Shown one piece after another: positions 26,252-38,624 of a stretch of 64,000 bases of DNA. The notes beneath the pieces were generated by a model, which made no database searches, was not told the DNA's origin, and was given only the letters and a program-made list of their open reading frames with translations. Source of the DNA: Lepidodermella squamata (Eukaryota; Animalia; Gastrotricha); assembly GCA_047495785.1 (NCBI GenBank), contig JBLDXI010000061.1, positions 1 through 64,000 of the forward strand, given 5' to 3'. Made by a program: the position numbers and the translations under genes. Each line of letters starts with the position of its first letter. Position 1 is the first letter of the stretch.

Positions 26252-28630
26252 ATGAGCCTGTTCTTGATAGTCATAGGTAAATTTTGATCATATCGTCTTT
26301 GAATAACTTGGATTCAAGTTTTTCAAAGCAAATTGCTTCCTCCTCTTTGTTAACAGAAGTTAGTTCCCTAAACTGACTAAATCCCAGTTGCTGAGCATCA
26401 TTGCCGAGGGATTAGAGCCTAGATCCGGGTTAGTAATCCGGCCAGCAATAGGAATTCCTTTACCCTCTTTATTTATATGGTGCCAATAATTACTGTCGCC
26501 ATAAACTGATTGAAAACAGCTGAACTTCCAGTTGCTCAATGACGCTAATTATATGTTCTTTTTCGCCATGAAAGGCCTGGCCAGCATCGGCTATTCCTCT
26601 TGCTGCTCTCCGACCCTGCAAAAGACCGCCCTTGTATGTTTCTTCCAACTGGCTTCTCTCGAATCAGTGTACCAATGGTTTTCCAGGCATGTAAGAATGG
26701 TGGTACGTACGATTCTTCTTCTGATGCATGTCGATGCCCGTATGGTTACAACGGCACGCAGTGTGAAAATTGTAAGTTCTACTTGCGAGCTCATAATCGA
26801 TGTCAAATGTAACCTAATCTTTACAGATTGGTGTGCGGGCTGCAAAAACGGAGGGACCTGCAGTGGTCCTAACACCTGCACCTGCGCAAGTGGCTGGCGT
26901 GGATCGACCTGCGACGAATGTGAGTTGTTGGCCTCCGACGAGAAAAATCAAATGCTTATTTTCGCTGGTTAGATTATTGTCAGTCGGGCTGCTGGAACGG
27001 TGGCGTATGCACTGGCTCCAACGCCTGCCAATGCCTGCCTGCGTGGACTGGGCCGAATTGCAACATATGTAAGCTCATCGAAGTCGAAAAATTACATAAC
27101 TATTGACATTTTCACTGTGTTCTAATTTCAGCCTCGTGTACGCCACCATGTTCAAACAATGGCGTTTGCCTCTCCGGCAATCAATGTAGTTGCGTGAACG
27201 GTTATACCGGCTCGCGGTGCGCGGATAGTAAGACTAGCACTGGATTAATCCCAGTTGACTCATAATTTATTTTTCCAGTTCCCTGCCCTACACCCTGCCA
27301 GAATGGCGGTACCTGCTCAGCCCCGAACACTTGCACTTGCGCATTTGGATATTTAGATGCTGACTGCTCCAGGGGTAAGGAGTTTCGCCATGGAATACAA
27401 CCATGATAACCGATTTCATTATTCAGCCAAGTACTATCTAGCTGGGACCACGTCTGATTTCCGCACAGCTACAACTATATGTGAGAAAGCAAACAGCCGT
27501 GCTGTTGTGATTTATACGCAAGGTGAGTTGGACAAGGCAAAAGCCAGCTTAGGGGCAAGGGCCGCAGTTTGGATTGCGCTATCGGCCGGTTTTCGCTGGG
27601 CCTATGACAACTCGGCAGTTGGACTAACAAATATTTGGGGACCTGGCGAGCCGAGTGGTGATGGCAGCTGTAAGTTTTGAGCAATAGCGTAAAGTAGGCT
27701 TTACTGAGTTTTGAGGACCGAGGGCCGAGGATTTAGGGCGACCGGTCGAGGCTTTCGCAGGAAATCCTTTGATGTTTTTCCGAGAGGTATCGAGTATGTA
27801 TCCTCCATCCTAAATGGTGTTAAGAAAACCCCAACAATTAAAGGGGGCCCTTTCCTTAAATAAATTCGGGGCTGAAAATTCCTCACCCTGAGGATACTAC
27901 TTTGCCCACTGTTACAGCTGGTTGACCACCTTGCTGGTTGATATTGCCGCCGATTAGGGACATTTCCGGCAGCCAAAATCACCCGTAGCCGGGAAAGTTT
28001 CAGCATTCTTTCAATTAAGATTTGAATTTGGTTATAAATGACGATTTTTGTTTGCGCTGTTCTCGCTGACTAATTGCGTTTACTTTTCAGGTGTCACTCT
28101 GTATGGCCCGATCAGTGGGCTTAACGACGAACCATGTACCTCTGTTAACAAAGTGCTTTGCCAAAGTTTAACCGATGTGAGTCTTTTTATTACCGTGACT
28201 TATTTCCCTAAAACTGTTCTGTATTTTAGGATACTGATGTTCAAAACGTCGCGCCTGATGCTAATTGGGCGACTGCTAAAAGCAATTTCGAAGGAAGAGG
28301 ACTCAGACTGGCCGTCCTGAAGACGCGAACAATCGTTCAGTCGATGCTTGACGGTAGTAAAACTGGATGGATCGCCGCGAAACGTCCTGATGGAAGTAAT
28401 TTCTACTGGTCGACGGGCGTCGCTGTCACGCCGAGCAATACCATTCCACCATGGGCAACAGGCCAGCCTGAAATAAGCGATAGCAAGCAATGTAACCTTC
28501 TAGAAAATGTTGTTCTCATTGTTTAAATTCGATTTCCTGTAATTCAGGCGTCACGATGGACACATCGGGTCAAATGACGGTTACAAAGTGCAGCGATAGC
28601 TACGATGCGCTATGCGAGTATACATCCTAA
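26252..28630 (+). CDS. Secreted EGF-repeat / double C-type lectin protein, copy B (5 EGF + 2 CTLD)
   Basis: Same 11-exon structure as copy A with open frames. TAA at 28628-30. The first CTLD2 Cys is changed to Phe (28287-89). Confidence 0.88.
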
Positions 28631-29505
28631 AGCGGAAATCAACAAGATGCATTGTAGATTTAATAACTTTCCCAATTATTTGAATCCAGTAAGATAAAAT
28701 GTATGAAAAATGATAAATATATCATCAAATTTATCAATATCTTCGGCAACCCTGAATTGCTTTCATGATGAATTTCGTTCGTAAATTGATATGATTTCGA
28801 AGACAGTATTATATTGGAGATTTTATTGGAAAAGTTCTAATCACAATGCCCAGGGTGCGAAGTACAGGGTGCTGGGGCAGCCAAGCTGCGATTTGCAAAC
28901 TACAGCAAGAAGAGGCGCAAGAAGGTTGGCTGAAAAAGCCACAGGGGGCTCTCTTTTCTTCCCTGGACTGGGCTTGGGAAAACATGCCTCCAGAATCCAA
29001 CTTCCTACCTTGTGTTGTAGGCTCGCATGAATAAACATCTAGAATTTGGTGATAACAGTTCTTCGGCAAATCTGCTATTCTTCTGCCGGGATTGGCTCAT
29101 CCGGAAATTTTTGAAAATTCCAAGAAAATTAGTTTATCAATGTGGAGAATTTTCTCATTCCAACAATATCAAAAGTGTGCGGTAATGATTTTATTTTGAT
29201 TTTCCGATATTTTTTGCTATTAATTATGCTGCGTATGAGCCAACCGCGGCAGAAGAACGGCAGATTTGCCGAAAAAGGACTAGTTGGTCAGTCGATTTAT
29301 GGGCGGATAGGGCGTTCGGTGGCATAATAAATGGTCGCGTGCCGCGCTTCATGCAATAACAGCTCAAATAAATTCACTATAGGAAGATCGTTTGCTTCCT
29401 ATCCGTTACAGTGATGTATATGAAGTGAAGCTAACCACTTGGTGTATAGAGTGCGCTTTTACTCTCATTGACACGTTTTATGTTTGAAAATATCATTAAG
29501 ACTAA

Positions 29506-32500
29506 ATGACCACGTTACTGATTGTTATAGGTAAATTCAACATTTCCGCTTCCTGTTGCTTCGAATCCTTTCGCCATTGACCTTGTATAACTTGAATTCA
29601 CGTTTTTCAAACTCAGTTTAATGTGAGACCAGTAACAGGAATTCGTTTGAGCCTCGTTCCTTTTTAAAATTCTGAATGAGGATGCGATTCACGATCGCCT
29701 TAAACTGAATGATACAAACTTAAATCTGAGTTTACAACGCTAATGATATACTTATTGCCATCAAAGGATTCGCAAGCATCGGATTTGCCACTGGCTGCTC
29801 TCCGAGCCCGCAAAAAAGCGCTCTTGTACGCTTCTTCTCATTAGCCTTTCCATAATTAAGCGTACCAACAAACCTTCAGGCGTGTAAGAATGGTGCGACG
29901 TACGATTCTTCGGCTGATGCCTGTCGATGTGCGTATGGTTACTACGGAACACTATGCGAAGCATGTGAGTTCTAACACTTGAGAGCTCATAGCTAGATTT
30001 TGGTGAATTGGGCCTAGATTGGTGTTCGGGCTGCAAAAACGGAGGGACTTGTAGCGGTCCTAATAATTGCAATTGCACGAGTGGCTGGCGTGGATCGACT
30101 TGCGAAGAATGTGAGTTGATGGCCTCCGATGGGTAAAATCAACTGCTCATTTTCTCTGGATAGATTACTGCCCCGAGCTGAGGTGCCGGAACGGTGGTTT
30201 GTGCAACGGCCCTAATTCTTGCTTCTGCCTGCCTCCCTGGCGAGGGTTGAGCTGCAATATATGTATGTTCGTCAAATTTATCATTCATTTTGACAAATCC
30301 CGTAATAACTGCCTGTCACCCGAGGACAGACGTTGTCGTAGACCGTCATTGTGCATTGGGCCAAGTGGAATATCACTCTTATTGCACCGCTGCGCATCAT
30401 AATCGCGGCCTCATATTTTAGTGCTTTTTCCAACTACCCGCTTCGCTATTTCGAGTGTTCTTGATTAAACAAGCTCTCTTTGATTTATGATTTCAGCCTT
30501 GTGTACGTTACGATGCGCAAACAACGGCATTTGTTTCTACGGCAATCAATGTACCTGCGTGAACGGCTACTTCGGCTCGCTCTGCACAGATTGTTAGACC
30601 ATGACAATAAATTAATCTCAGTTCAATTATCTGTTTTGTTCTCCAGTTACTTGCGTTAAACCCTGCCAGAATGGCGGATCCTGCATCGCTCCGGACACGT
30701 GCAAGTGCGATGTTGGATGGAGGGGGCCTACTTGTTCAGAGAGTAAGGAGTTTCTTTAATACCAAACCACATTGAGGACGGAGTTACACGGGCCTGACCT
30801 GATGCGTTCGTACTGATTAAGTCGTTTTTGTATCATTTATAGTATACTCGCATTTGAATCTCCTTTGAAATTCGAATTGTCTTCCCCTTGAGAATGTTAA
30901 CATTTTCTTGTAGTCACCTGTTATCCGACTTGTGCGAATGGGGGTCGATGCTCCGGGCCGAATACTTGCACGTGTGCCGATGGCTGGACTGGAAAAAATT
31001 GTACCACACGTAATTTTTATTCCCAATCATTGTCATCGATTCGAAATGTTGTTTTTGGCTTGGTTTATTATGTTATTATCTAACTCTCGTTATAACGTGT
31101 ATCGTGAATTTTACAGCTACCTGCACACCGGCTTGTCAAAATGGCGGCACCTGCCTCGGCGGCAACGTGTGCAAATGCGCGAATGGCTACGCAGGCTCAA
31201 CGTGCTCAGATGGTATAGCAATAACAGTCGCTACAAGTTGGCAGCTCTTTTTGATAATTTTCTTATGACGCAGCTGTTTGCTCACCAACTTGCAAAAAGG
31301 GCCAATGCGCTGCTTCAAATGTGTGTTCTTGCGACTCAGGATGGACTGGATCGGATTGCTCAATTTGTAAAGCCATATCTAATGTTTTGTCTATTCAATT
31401 TACTATTTATTTTATTCTGTAGCGGCCTGCTCATCGCCTTGTCTGAATGGAGGAACTTGTACAGGAACGAACAAGTGTATTTGCGTTAACGGATACACTG
31501 GAGCAACTTGCGCTGAATGTGAGTTTTCTTTCCTCGATACTATCCCTGTAGCTAGTGAATTTTCGATCATCCTAGATACTTGCTCACAAACGTGCAAAAA
31601 TGGAGGTTCCTGTATATCACCGGACAAGTGCAGCTGCGGCGATCAATGGGCTGGCACAGACTGCAGCATACGTAAGTTGGAATAATTCACCGTGATCTGT
31701 AGTACATGCTTTTGGTCTGTAGCATTTGCACATCCTTTTCGAATATGCTGAGTGTAAATTTCTATTGTAATTTCAGCCAAGTGTACTCCGGACTGTGCAA
31801 ATAGCGGCATTTGCTCCTCCGGCAATCTGTGTACCTGTGTGAACAACTACTCCGGCTCGCGGTGCTCGCAATGTGAGATTAGCAATCTTTCAATTCCATT
31901 TCAAACCTATGATTTGTTCTTCAGTTTCCTGCATTAAAACTTGCCAGAATGGCGGTACCTGTACAGCCCCAAACACTTGCACTTGCGCTGCCGGATGGAA
32001 AGGAGAGGACTGCGCTACTCGTAAAGAGCTCATTTTGATGCTGGGCTAATTAACTGACGTTTCCATATTTCCCTAGCAATTTGTAATTCTCTGTGCCAGA
32101 ATGGAGGGACTTGTATCGCTCCGAACACGTGCAAGTGTGATGGTGGATGGAGATGGCCTACTTGTTCTCAGAGTAAGAAGCTTCTTCAATGAAATGCAAA
32201 ACTGATAAATGATTTTATTTGTCAGCAAAATACTATTTATCCTCTAGCCCAGCTAATTTTCGAGACGCCACTAATTACTGCGAGACATCGAGCAGTCGCG
32301 CTGCTGTGATTAACTCGCAAGGTGAATGGGAAAAGGCGAAGATCAGTTTGGGGAGTCAAAGCAAAGTTTGGCTTTCGCTATCGGCCGGCTTTCTCTGGAT
32401 CTACGACAATTCGCCAGTTGGGTTGTCTAATATATGGGGAAGTGGCGAGCCGAGTGGCGACGGCAGTTGTAAGTTTTGATCAGCAGCTCTAGCTAGTCTA

Positions 32501-33062
32501 CTTGCTTTTACTCTCTCAACTTCAGGCATGGAAGTTTTAGGTGGCGTGCAAGGCATAAACGATGAATCTTGCACCTCAAGTCGAAGTTCACTGTGCCAAG
32601 ATCCAAGCAATGTGATGACTTTCTTGTTAATGAAAGTCCTCAAATTTTGCTTTATTTTCTTAGGAAAATGACGTCACAGTTGTCGGCCCGGCTGGTATTT
32701 GGGATTCAGCCAAAGCAAAATGTGAAGCAGTGGGTCGAAAATTGGCAGTCTTGAGGACGAGAGCACTTGTTGATGCAATGTTGAGCTCATCAAGGAATGG
32801 GTGGATAGCCGGTAAGCGTTCCGATGGCAATAATTTCTACTGGTCCACGGGCGTCGCTGTCTCGCCGAGCAACGTCATTCCGCCGTGGGCTCCAGGCCAG
32901 CCTGAAATAAGCAATAACAAGCAATGTAAGTTGGCATCGTGGCCTTGCATTAATGTTGCGTTAATTCTGTTTTTTTCAGGCGTAACGATGGACACAACGG
33001 GTCAAATGACGGTAGAAAGGTGCAGCAACAGTAACTATGCGCTATGCGAGTATACAAATTAA
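29506..33062 (+). CDS. Secreted EGF-repeat / double C-type lectin protein, copy C (13 EGF + 2 CTLD; 19 exons)
   Basis: MTTLLIVIG signal exon. Thirteen one-exon EGF modules between ~29880 and ~32172, joined by phase-1 introns. CTLD1 [16 protein letters not shown]2 WAPGQPE. Ends ALCEYTN*. Confidence 0.9.
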
Positions 33063-33909
33063 CGAGAGAAGCAGAGGCAGCTGTGATGAGCCTTTGATAA
33101 ATCCAAAAAGACAGGCTTTCAGCTTATTTCATTTTTTTACCACACTTTACCCGCAATATTCTGTCAATATCTTCCAGCTCGTTTAGTATACTTTGAACGC
33201 ACCGCTCATTTTAACAGTAAAAACATTAACGTTACTGGCAGAATTGGTTTTCAATCATGTTCTCAAAATAACCAGAATTGCAAATTTGCATGAAAATATT
33301 TCATGCAAATTGACATTTTAAAGGAAGCATGTTGCTTTTTATGTGTAAAAAATGCATTTTTTCATGCGATTTTTTCGCATCAAAATTATTGATTTTTTTC
33401 CTGTCCAGCAGAAAAGTGGCTAGTGTCGAGTCCACACAGTATTAGTCCCGAGGCATCGGCCCATGCAACATGCAATTCAACTCCAGAACAGGTTCATCAT
33501 CCAATTTGGCCAGACAAAAAATTGTTCATTCTTCGTGTGTAACAAGAATTTTGGTTTGCAATTTGGGCTCAATTGTCATTGAAGCAATCGATTCTTTGGA
33601 GAGTTGAACCTTCCGTAAGACATTGAACATTGAAGGCTTCCGTAAGCACGTTCTTGGTAATGTGATCTTGTGCGAGCGCTCCTCCCGGCATCCGTGGCAA
33701 GCTGAGCTGGAAATCGGTCTTCAAATGCAAAAGAAGAATCAGCTTCATTAGTAGCTACTATTCTAAGATTTTTGATATTCATTAGTACAGCAATGTACTT
33801 TTTAGTTCAATTTGCGGATAAAACCTAATAATGCACGTCTCAACCGCGTGTCTCACTGCGAAGCATATAAATTCACCTTTCGATATACTAAAACATCAGA
33901 AAATTATAA

Positions 33910-36315
33910 ATGTCAATTTCGCTAATAATTTTGATACTCGCCTCCTCTCTCGTTGTTAACGGCGAGCTTTCGAAATTGAGAATAGCCAATTTTATGCCAT
34001 TTACTGGGTTGGAACCCAACCAGTACCAAACATGCAAGGTTATGGCTGAACTAGTCATAGGGTTGGTCAACAATCGCAGCGACATTCTACCAAATTACAA
34101 AATCGAGCCTCAATTCATTGATGACAACAACGGACCAATGTTAGTTCGCCGTTTTCTCGAATTCGACAACCAGTTTAATGGGAACAAACTCGGTGAGAAT
34201 ACCTTCAAAGCTCCTGTTGTTGTTGGCCCAGTTAATTCTTGCGAGATGATAGCTTCGTTTGTTAACAAGCTTGGATATGTTGAGATTGCTCAATGCGCAT
34301 CAGATGGATTGAACAACCGAGCCCGTTTCTCGAATTTGTACCTAATTCGACCTTTAGCAGCTCAAGCTTGGATATCTAGACTTCGTTTCATCGTCGATAT
34401 TGGGAAATGGAGCTACTTCGCGCTGATTGTCAACGCGAACCAAGAGTATTCCGGGGCTAAACTCATGCAGAGGCTGGCGATTCTAAACGGTGTTCAAGTC
34501 TATCTCAACGCAGTCCCGGAATTCGATGACGACGCGGCCTTGGCCTTGAAGAAATCTGAAGCCCGCATAATCGCTCTTTATGCTGCGGGTTCGATGAATT
34601 ATCAAGTCCTGTGTCGATGTTTCAATCTCGGAATGACTGGTCCGAGGTACGTTTTCATCCTATCCGGGAGCTCATTTGCAGATCCAAGGACTTTGCCAGC
34701 TGTAATCTACCCTGGATGTACAAGGGAGATGATTTTCACTCAGAGCCTCTACTCAATCATGGTTATGTCTCAAAGCATAACAGACGAGCCTTTCGTCAAG
34801 TCTGAGTTGGGCTTCAACCTGTTTGAAATGGATAAAATGTTGGATTTATACATGAATAACTCGCGGCTTCCCGATTACGGGAACCGATACATATGCCATG
34901 ATGCTACCCTTCAAAGCCTGCTATTGCTGAATCGGACGGAATATCGACTGGAAAGGATCGGGTTGAGCTTGCAGAATATCACCACTCACCCTGATTTGAT
35001 TTCTAGAATAATTAATGAGTCGGCGGTGCGAATGAGTTACGTAGGCCTGAGAAAGAGCGGCCCGAGCTTTTACAGCCAGGATAGGGGTGAGATGATGGGC
35101 TCGAAATGGCCTGTGCTTCAATGGAACCCAACCGATGGCCTGAGGACTATTTGGATGGTAGTTCAGTCCGAAACCAACGATTCCTGCAACGAACTCGCAA
35201 TGTATTCAACTTATAGCGTTCTCAAATCGAAATGGCCAACATTGGATGGGAAACCGCCATCGGACAGAGCTAAGATAAAACATGAAGTTCAGGAAGTTCA
35301 CCTCGCGCTAAAAATCTCTATTTTCGTGCTAAGTGCAGGCTTAATCACGGTTAAATTCGGTATTTTTATAATAATTTCGCGCTACAAATCTCCAGACAAG
35401 TTCAGACGGATGCCATTTCTCTCGACATTGCAAATCGCTTTCCTTTGCCTCGCCGATATCTCAGCCATCATTTTCGCATCGGATGTTGATGAATCACGAA
35501 GTATAGCAACCCACGTAGCTAGAGTTTTGACCCTCATGATCGGTCTAAGCCTATCGAACTTCTGCATGATTTTCCGGACAATGGCTACATGTTCATTAGT
35601 GGCTAATATCAAGCAGAAGGCTGTAAAGGAGCGGGTTAAAACAAGCCCCAAAAAGTCAAACCCGAGCCTTGGGAGAGCTAGTAGTGGTACTTTGGTCACT
35701 TTTCCCCAACTCAGTAACGACGACTTTTTTGCGAAAAAATTAAGCCAAAGAAAGTTCGTGCAACTCCAGAAGATATGTGCGCTGTTAACAGGGATAGGAT
35801 TTGCTATTCTAGCTGCTTATGGAGCGATTTGGGAAAGTGTTGCCCCTACCAAGTGTGAAGGCATCACAATAACGCCTAGCCCGGTATATTTCGACGAAAT
35901 CGATACTTACATATTCACCTCAGCCGTAAATTGTCACGGGGATTCTCAAGATATTTGGTCTCTTGTGATTCTCGGGGTTAATGTAGTGCTACTAGTTATC
36001 GGATGCTACTATGCCAGAAAAATGACTCGAGATACAAGGTTCATTTTGCACCATTGGGACTTCACGTATTTGCTCTATGGGATGACGAATTGTATCATAA
36101 CTATGTTAGCTTCCTGTCTGGTTTTGCTGGCTGTTCCCAAGAATCCGGTAACGATCAGGATTGTCGTGGCATTTTCTGCGATTTGGATATCAGCTACAAC
36201 ATCAGCTATTTGTTACTTGCCGTATCGAAGGAAACCAGCTCCAGTCAGTGGCGTAGCTGGCCTTTCGCGGATAGGAGGACCTGTGTCTCGGAATTTAAAC
36301 CAGCCAAGAACGTGA
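33910..36315 (+). CDS. Intronless class C GPCR, GABA-B-receptor-like (801 aa)
   Basis: Signal peptide, Venus-flytrap-like ectodomain (VNNRSDILPNYKI, LGMTGPRYVFIL, W...GKPPSD), no Cys-rich linker, seven hydrophobic segments ending CYLPY. Confidence 0.88.
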   Translation: MSISLIILILASSLVVNGELSKLRIANFMPFTGLEPNQYQTCKVMAELVIGLVNNRSDILPNYKIEPQFIDDNNGPMLVRRFLEFDNQFNGNKLGENTFKAPVVVGPVNSCEMIASFVNKLGYVEIAQCASDGLNNRARFSNLYLIRPLAAQAWISRLRFIVDIGKWSYFALIVNANQEYSGAKLMQRLAILNGVQVYLNAVPEFDDDAALALKKSEARIIALYAAGSMNYQVLCRCFNLGMTGPRYVFILSGSSFADPRTLPAVIYPGCTREMIFTQSLYSIMVMSQSITDEPFVKSELGFNLFEMDKMLDLYMNNSRLPDYGNRYICHDATLQSLLLLNRTEYRLERIGLSLQNITTHPDLISRIINESAVRMSYVGLRKSGPSFYSQDRGEMMGSKWPVLQWNPTDGLRTIWMVVQSETNDSCNELAMYSTYSVLKSKWPTLDGKPPSDRAKIKHEVQEVHLALKISIFVLSAGLITVKFGIFIIISRYKSPDKFRRMPFLSTLQIAFLCLADISAIIFASDVDESRSIATHVARVLTLMIGLSLSNFCMIFRTMATCSLVANIKQKAVKERVKTSPKKSNPSLGRASSGTLVTFPQLSNDDFFAKKLSQRKFVQLQKICALLTGIGFAILAAYGAIWESVAPTKCEGITITPSPVYFDEIDTYIFTSAVNCHGDSQDIWSLVILGVNVVLLVIGCYYARKMTRDTRFILHHWDFTYLLYGMTNCIITMLASCLVLLAVPKNPVTIRIVVAFSAIWISATTSAICYLPYRRKPAPVSGVAGLSRIGGPVSRNLNQPRT

Positions 36316-36854
36316 TACCAGGCCCCGGCTAGTTACGCCCCTGCTATACGCTATAATACATACTGAATAATTTAAAGAAAAGCGTCTGCGCTTCACGGAG
36401 CGACACTTTTCCATTTTCTAACGCTTGAGCCGGGCTTTCGTCATTCGTTATTTCCTCTCAATCTATGAATGGGTTTGAAATTCCGATGGAAATCTGAACC
36501 GTTTATTGTTTTCCTGGTAGTCGTCCAATAAATTCAAAGTCCAAGTGAAAGTCTAAACCATGAGGCATTGGCAGGAACATCAATTAGAGATTTTACTAAT
36601 TCGTAACGCAGAAAAGAAGATCCGTTTTCACCCAATAAATCAGAAGCGTCTTCACGAACAACAAATGCTTATCGTCACGAACAGACAGCCGTAATTAGCA
36701 TTCATTCAGAAATAGGATCTAGGATCAATTAACCGCCATTCTGAATAGTAAAAGCGGCTATTCAACAGCACACACGTACAAATAAGTATTCGCTCTACAT
36801 CTATTCAGCATTCATCTGCTCAATTTCTACTCGCACTTTTTCAGTCTACATAAA

Positions 36855-37550
36855 ATGCAGCCAATAAACAGAATCGTTCCCCTCACAGCGGAGGAGGAAG
36901 AAGATATAAGGAGAAGAGAGCGAATTTCCATCCAATATTCACCCCGGTTATTGCTCACCCCTCAGAGACGAGGTAACTGCCGATTTTCATTTCAAACCTA
37001 ACCGAAGATTTACTTTCATTCAGTGAAATCTGCGACTCCGAGATCGAACAAAGAAGTCCAGCTGACTAGAGCGAGGCTCAACATGTTCGACCCGTGGCAC
37101 TCTCAGGGTTTCTACAGACATGCAACTGAATGGCTCGAAAGTACACTGACAATCACTGGAATGAGCACACCCGGCAATCCGCGAGCTTCAACCCCAAGAC
37201 CGGGCGGTAAGCCAAAAACTATCCAGGAAAAAGGCCCCTTTACAAATGGCAGGACCCCTCCGACCAGTCCGAGAAGGCCGTGGTCGAGCCAGTCGCCTTA
37301 TCGTACCAATTCTGTGGTAATTTGGATGCCTCAAAACAGTCAATTGTCTCCACTGCAAATCGCAGCGATTCAACGCCCGGCTGAGTTGGATGATGTGCCG
37401 AAACAGAGATGGCGCCCTCAAACTGCTACGTCGATGTATTCGTTGACAGAGCGCTTGCCGTCTGATTTTATGGAAAAGTACGTCGCTCCACGGCCGAAGC
37501 TAATTGAAATAGTAACAAGGCCGATTCCTATTCCTGAATATTCTGACTAA
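36855..37550 (+). CDS. Two-exon orphan gene, ~214-aa basic Pro/Ser/Thr-rich protein
   Basis: ATG at 36855. Exon 1 ends at 36972 and a 51-nt GT-AG intron (36973-37023) joins it in frame to ORF 37023..37550. AATAAA at ~37622. Confidence 0.7.
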
Positions 37551-38092
37551 TTTATTGTTTGATAAAAAATAGACCGGTAGTCGTAGATCTTTCACATCAG
37601 TCCGCGTGAAAAAGTAACCAAATAAAACTTGAATTTTGAATCTGTTGCATAAATTTTCGCTTTCCTTTGAAATTCGAGAAATTCGAGTACCAGCAAAGGT
37701 TGAGATTGAGGAACCCCTCCTATATAGCAAAGCTGGTCAAATTTGGTTTCGCTACAGCCTATTTGATTCCGCTACAGCAAATTAGGTTCCGCTCACCGTT
37801 GAATTGTTTCATGTAAAAGGTCTGAAAATCTGGAATACGTGACCGGCTCATAAACTGGTAAAAAGACTAAAGATTGGAAATCAGTGATCGAAAATGAAGG
37901 AACATTTTAGCTCACGGGTAGTCTCAAACATATAAATTCACAATACCTAATTCAATTAAATTGTAAATTTTATTAAATTTCATTAAAATAACTAAATTTC
38001 AATGCCAAAACATGAAAATAAGCAACTGCTGGAACCTAAACACTTAAGATGTGTTTGCTTATTATTGATGACTAATTGATCATACCTTTCAG

Positions 38093-38624
38093 GTGTCACC
38101 ATGTATGTGGGAATCGGGCTTAACGATGAAGCTTGTTCCACGATTAATAAAGTACTATGCCAAAGTTTAACCGATGTGAGCCCTTTCATTACCGCGACTT
38201 ATTCCCTTCTAACTTTCATCAAATAGGAAAATGACATTCAAAACTTCGCGCCCGATTCTAATTGGGCGAACGCAAAAAGCAATTGCGACGGAAGAGGACT
38301 CAGACTAGCAGTCCTGAAGACGCGAACAATCGTTGACTTGATGATTAGCCAAAGTAAAGCTGGATGGATCGCCGCGAAACGTCCCGATGGCAGTAATTTC
38401 TACTGGTCGACGGGCGTCGCTGTCACGCCCAGCAACACCATTCCGCCATGGGCCTCAGGCCAGCCTGAAATAAGCGATAGCAAGCAATGTAATTTCCTAA
38501 AAAAAGGCGCAGTGTTTTAACTAAATTTCATGTTGATTCAGGCGTTACGATGGACACGACTGGTAAAATGACGGTTGCAAGGTGCAACGACAACAACGAT
38601 GCGCTATGCGAGTATACCTCCTAA
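38093..38624 (+). CDS. Orphan last three exons of an EGF-lectin gene (copy D: end of CTLD1 plus CTLD2)
   Basis: Three open exons with intact AG/GT sites, homologous to 28091-28630. No dedicated 5' exons are visible between 33062 and 38093. Confidence 0.7.

Noticed and set aside
13626-29413. One 15.8-kb CACTG transposon carrying K1 and lectin B
   Set aside because: The flanks do not form a TSD (AA versus AT), and both ends carry the same internal block in direct orientation, so these are two separate fragments.
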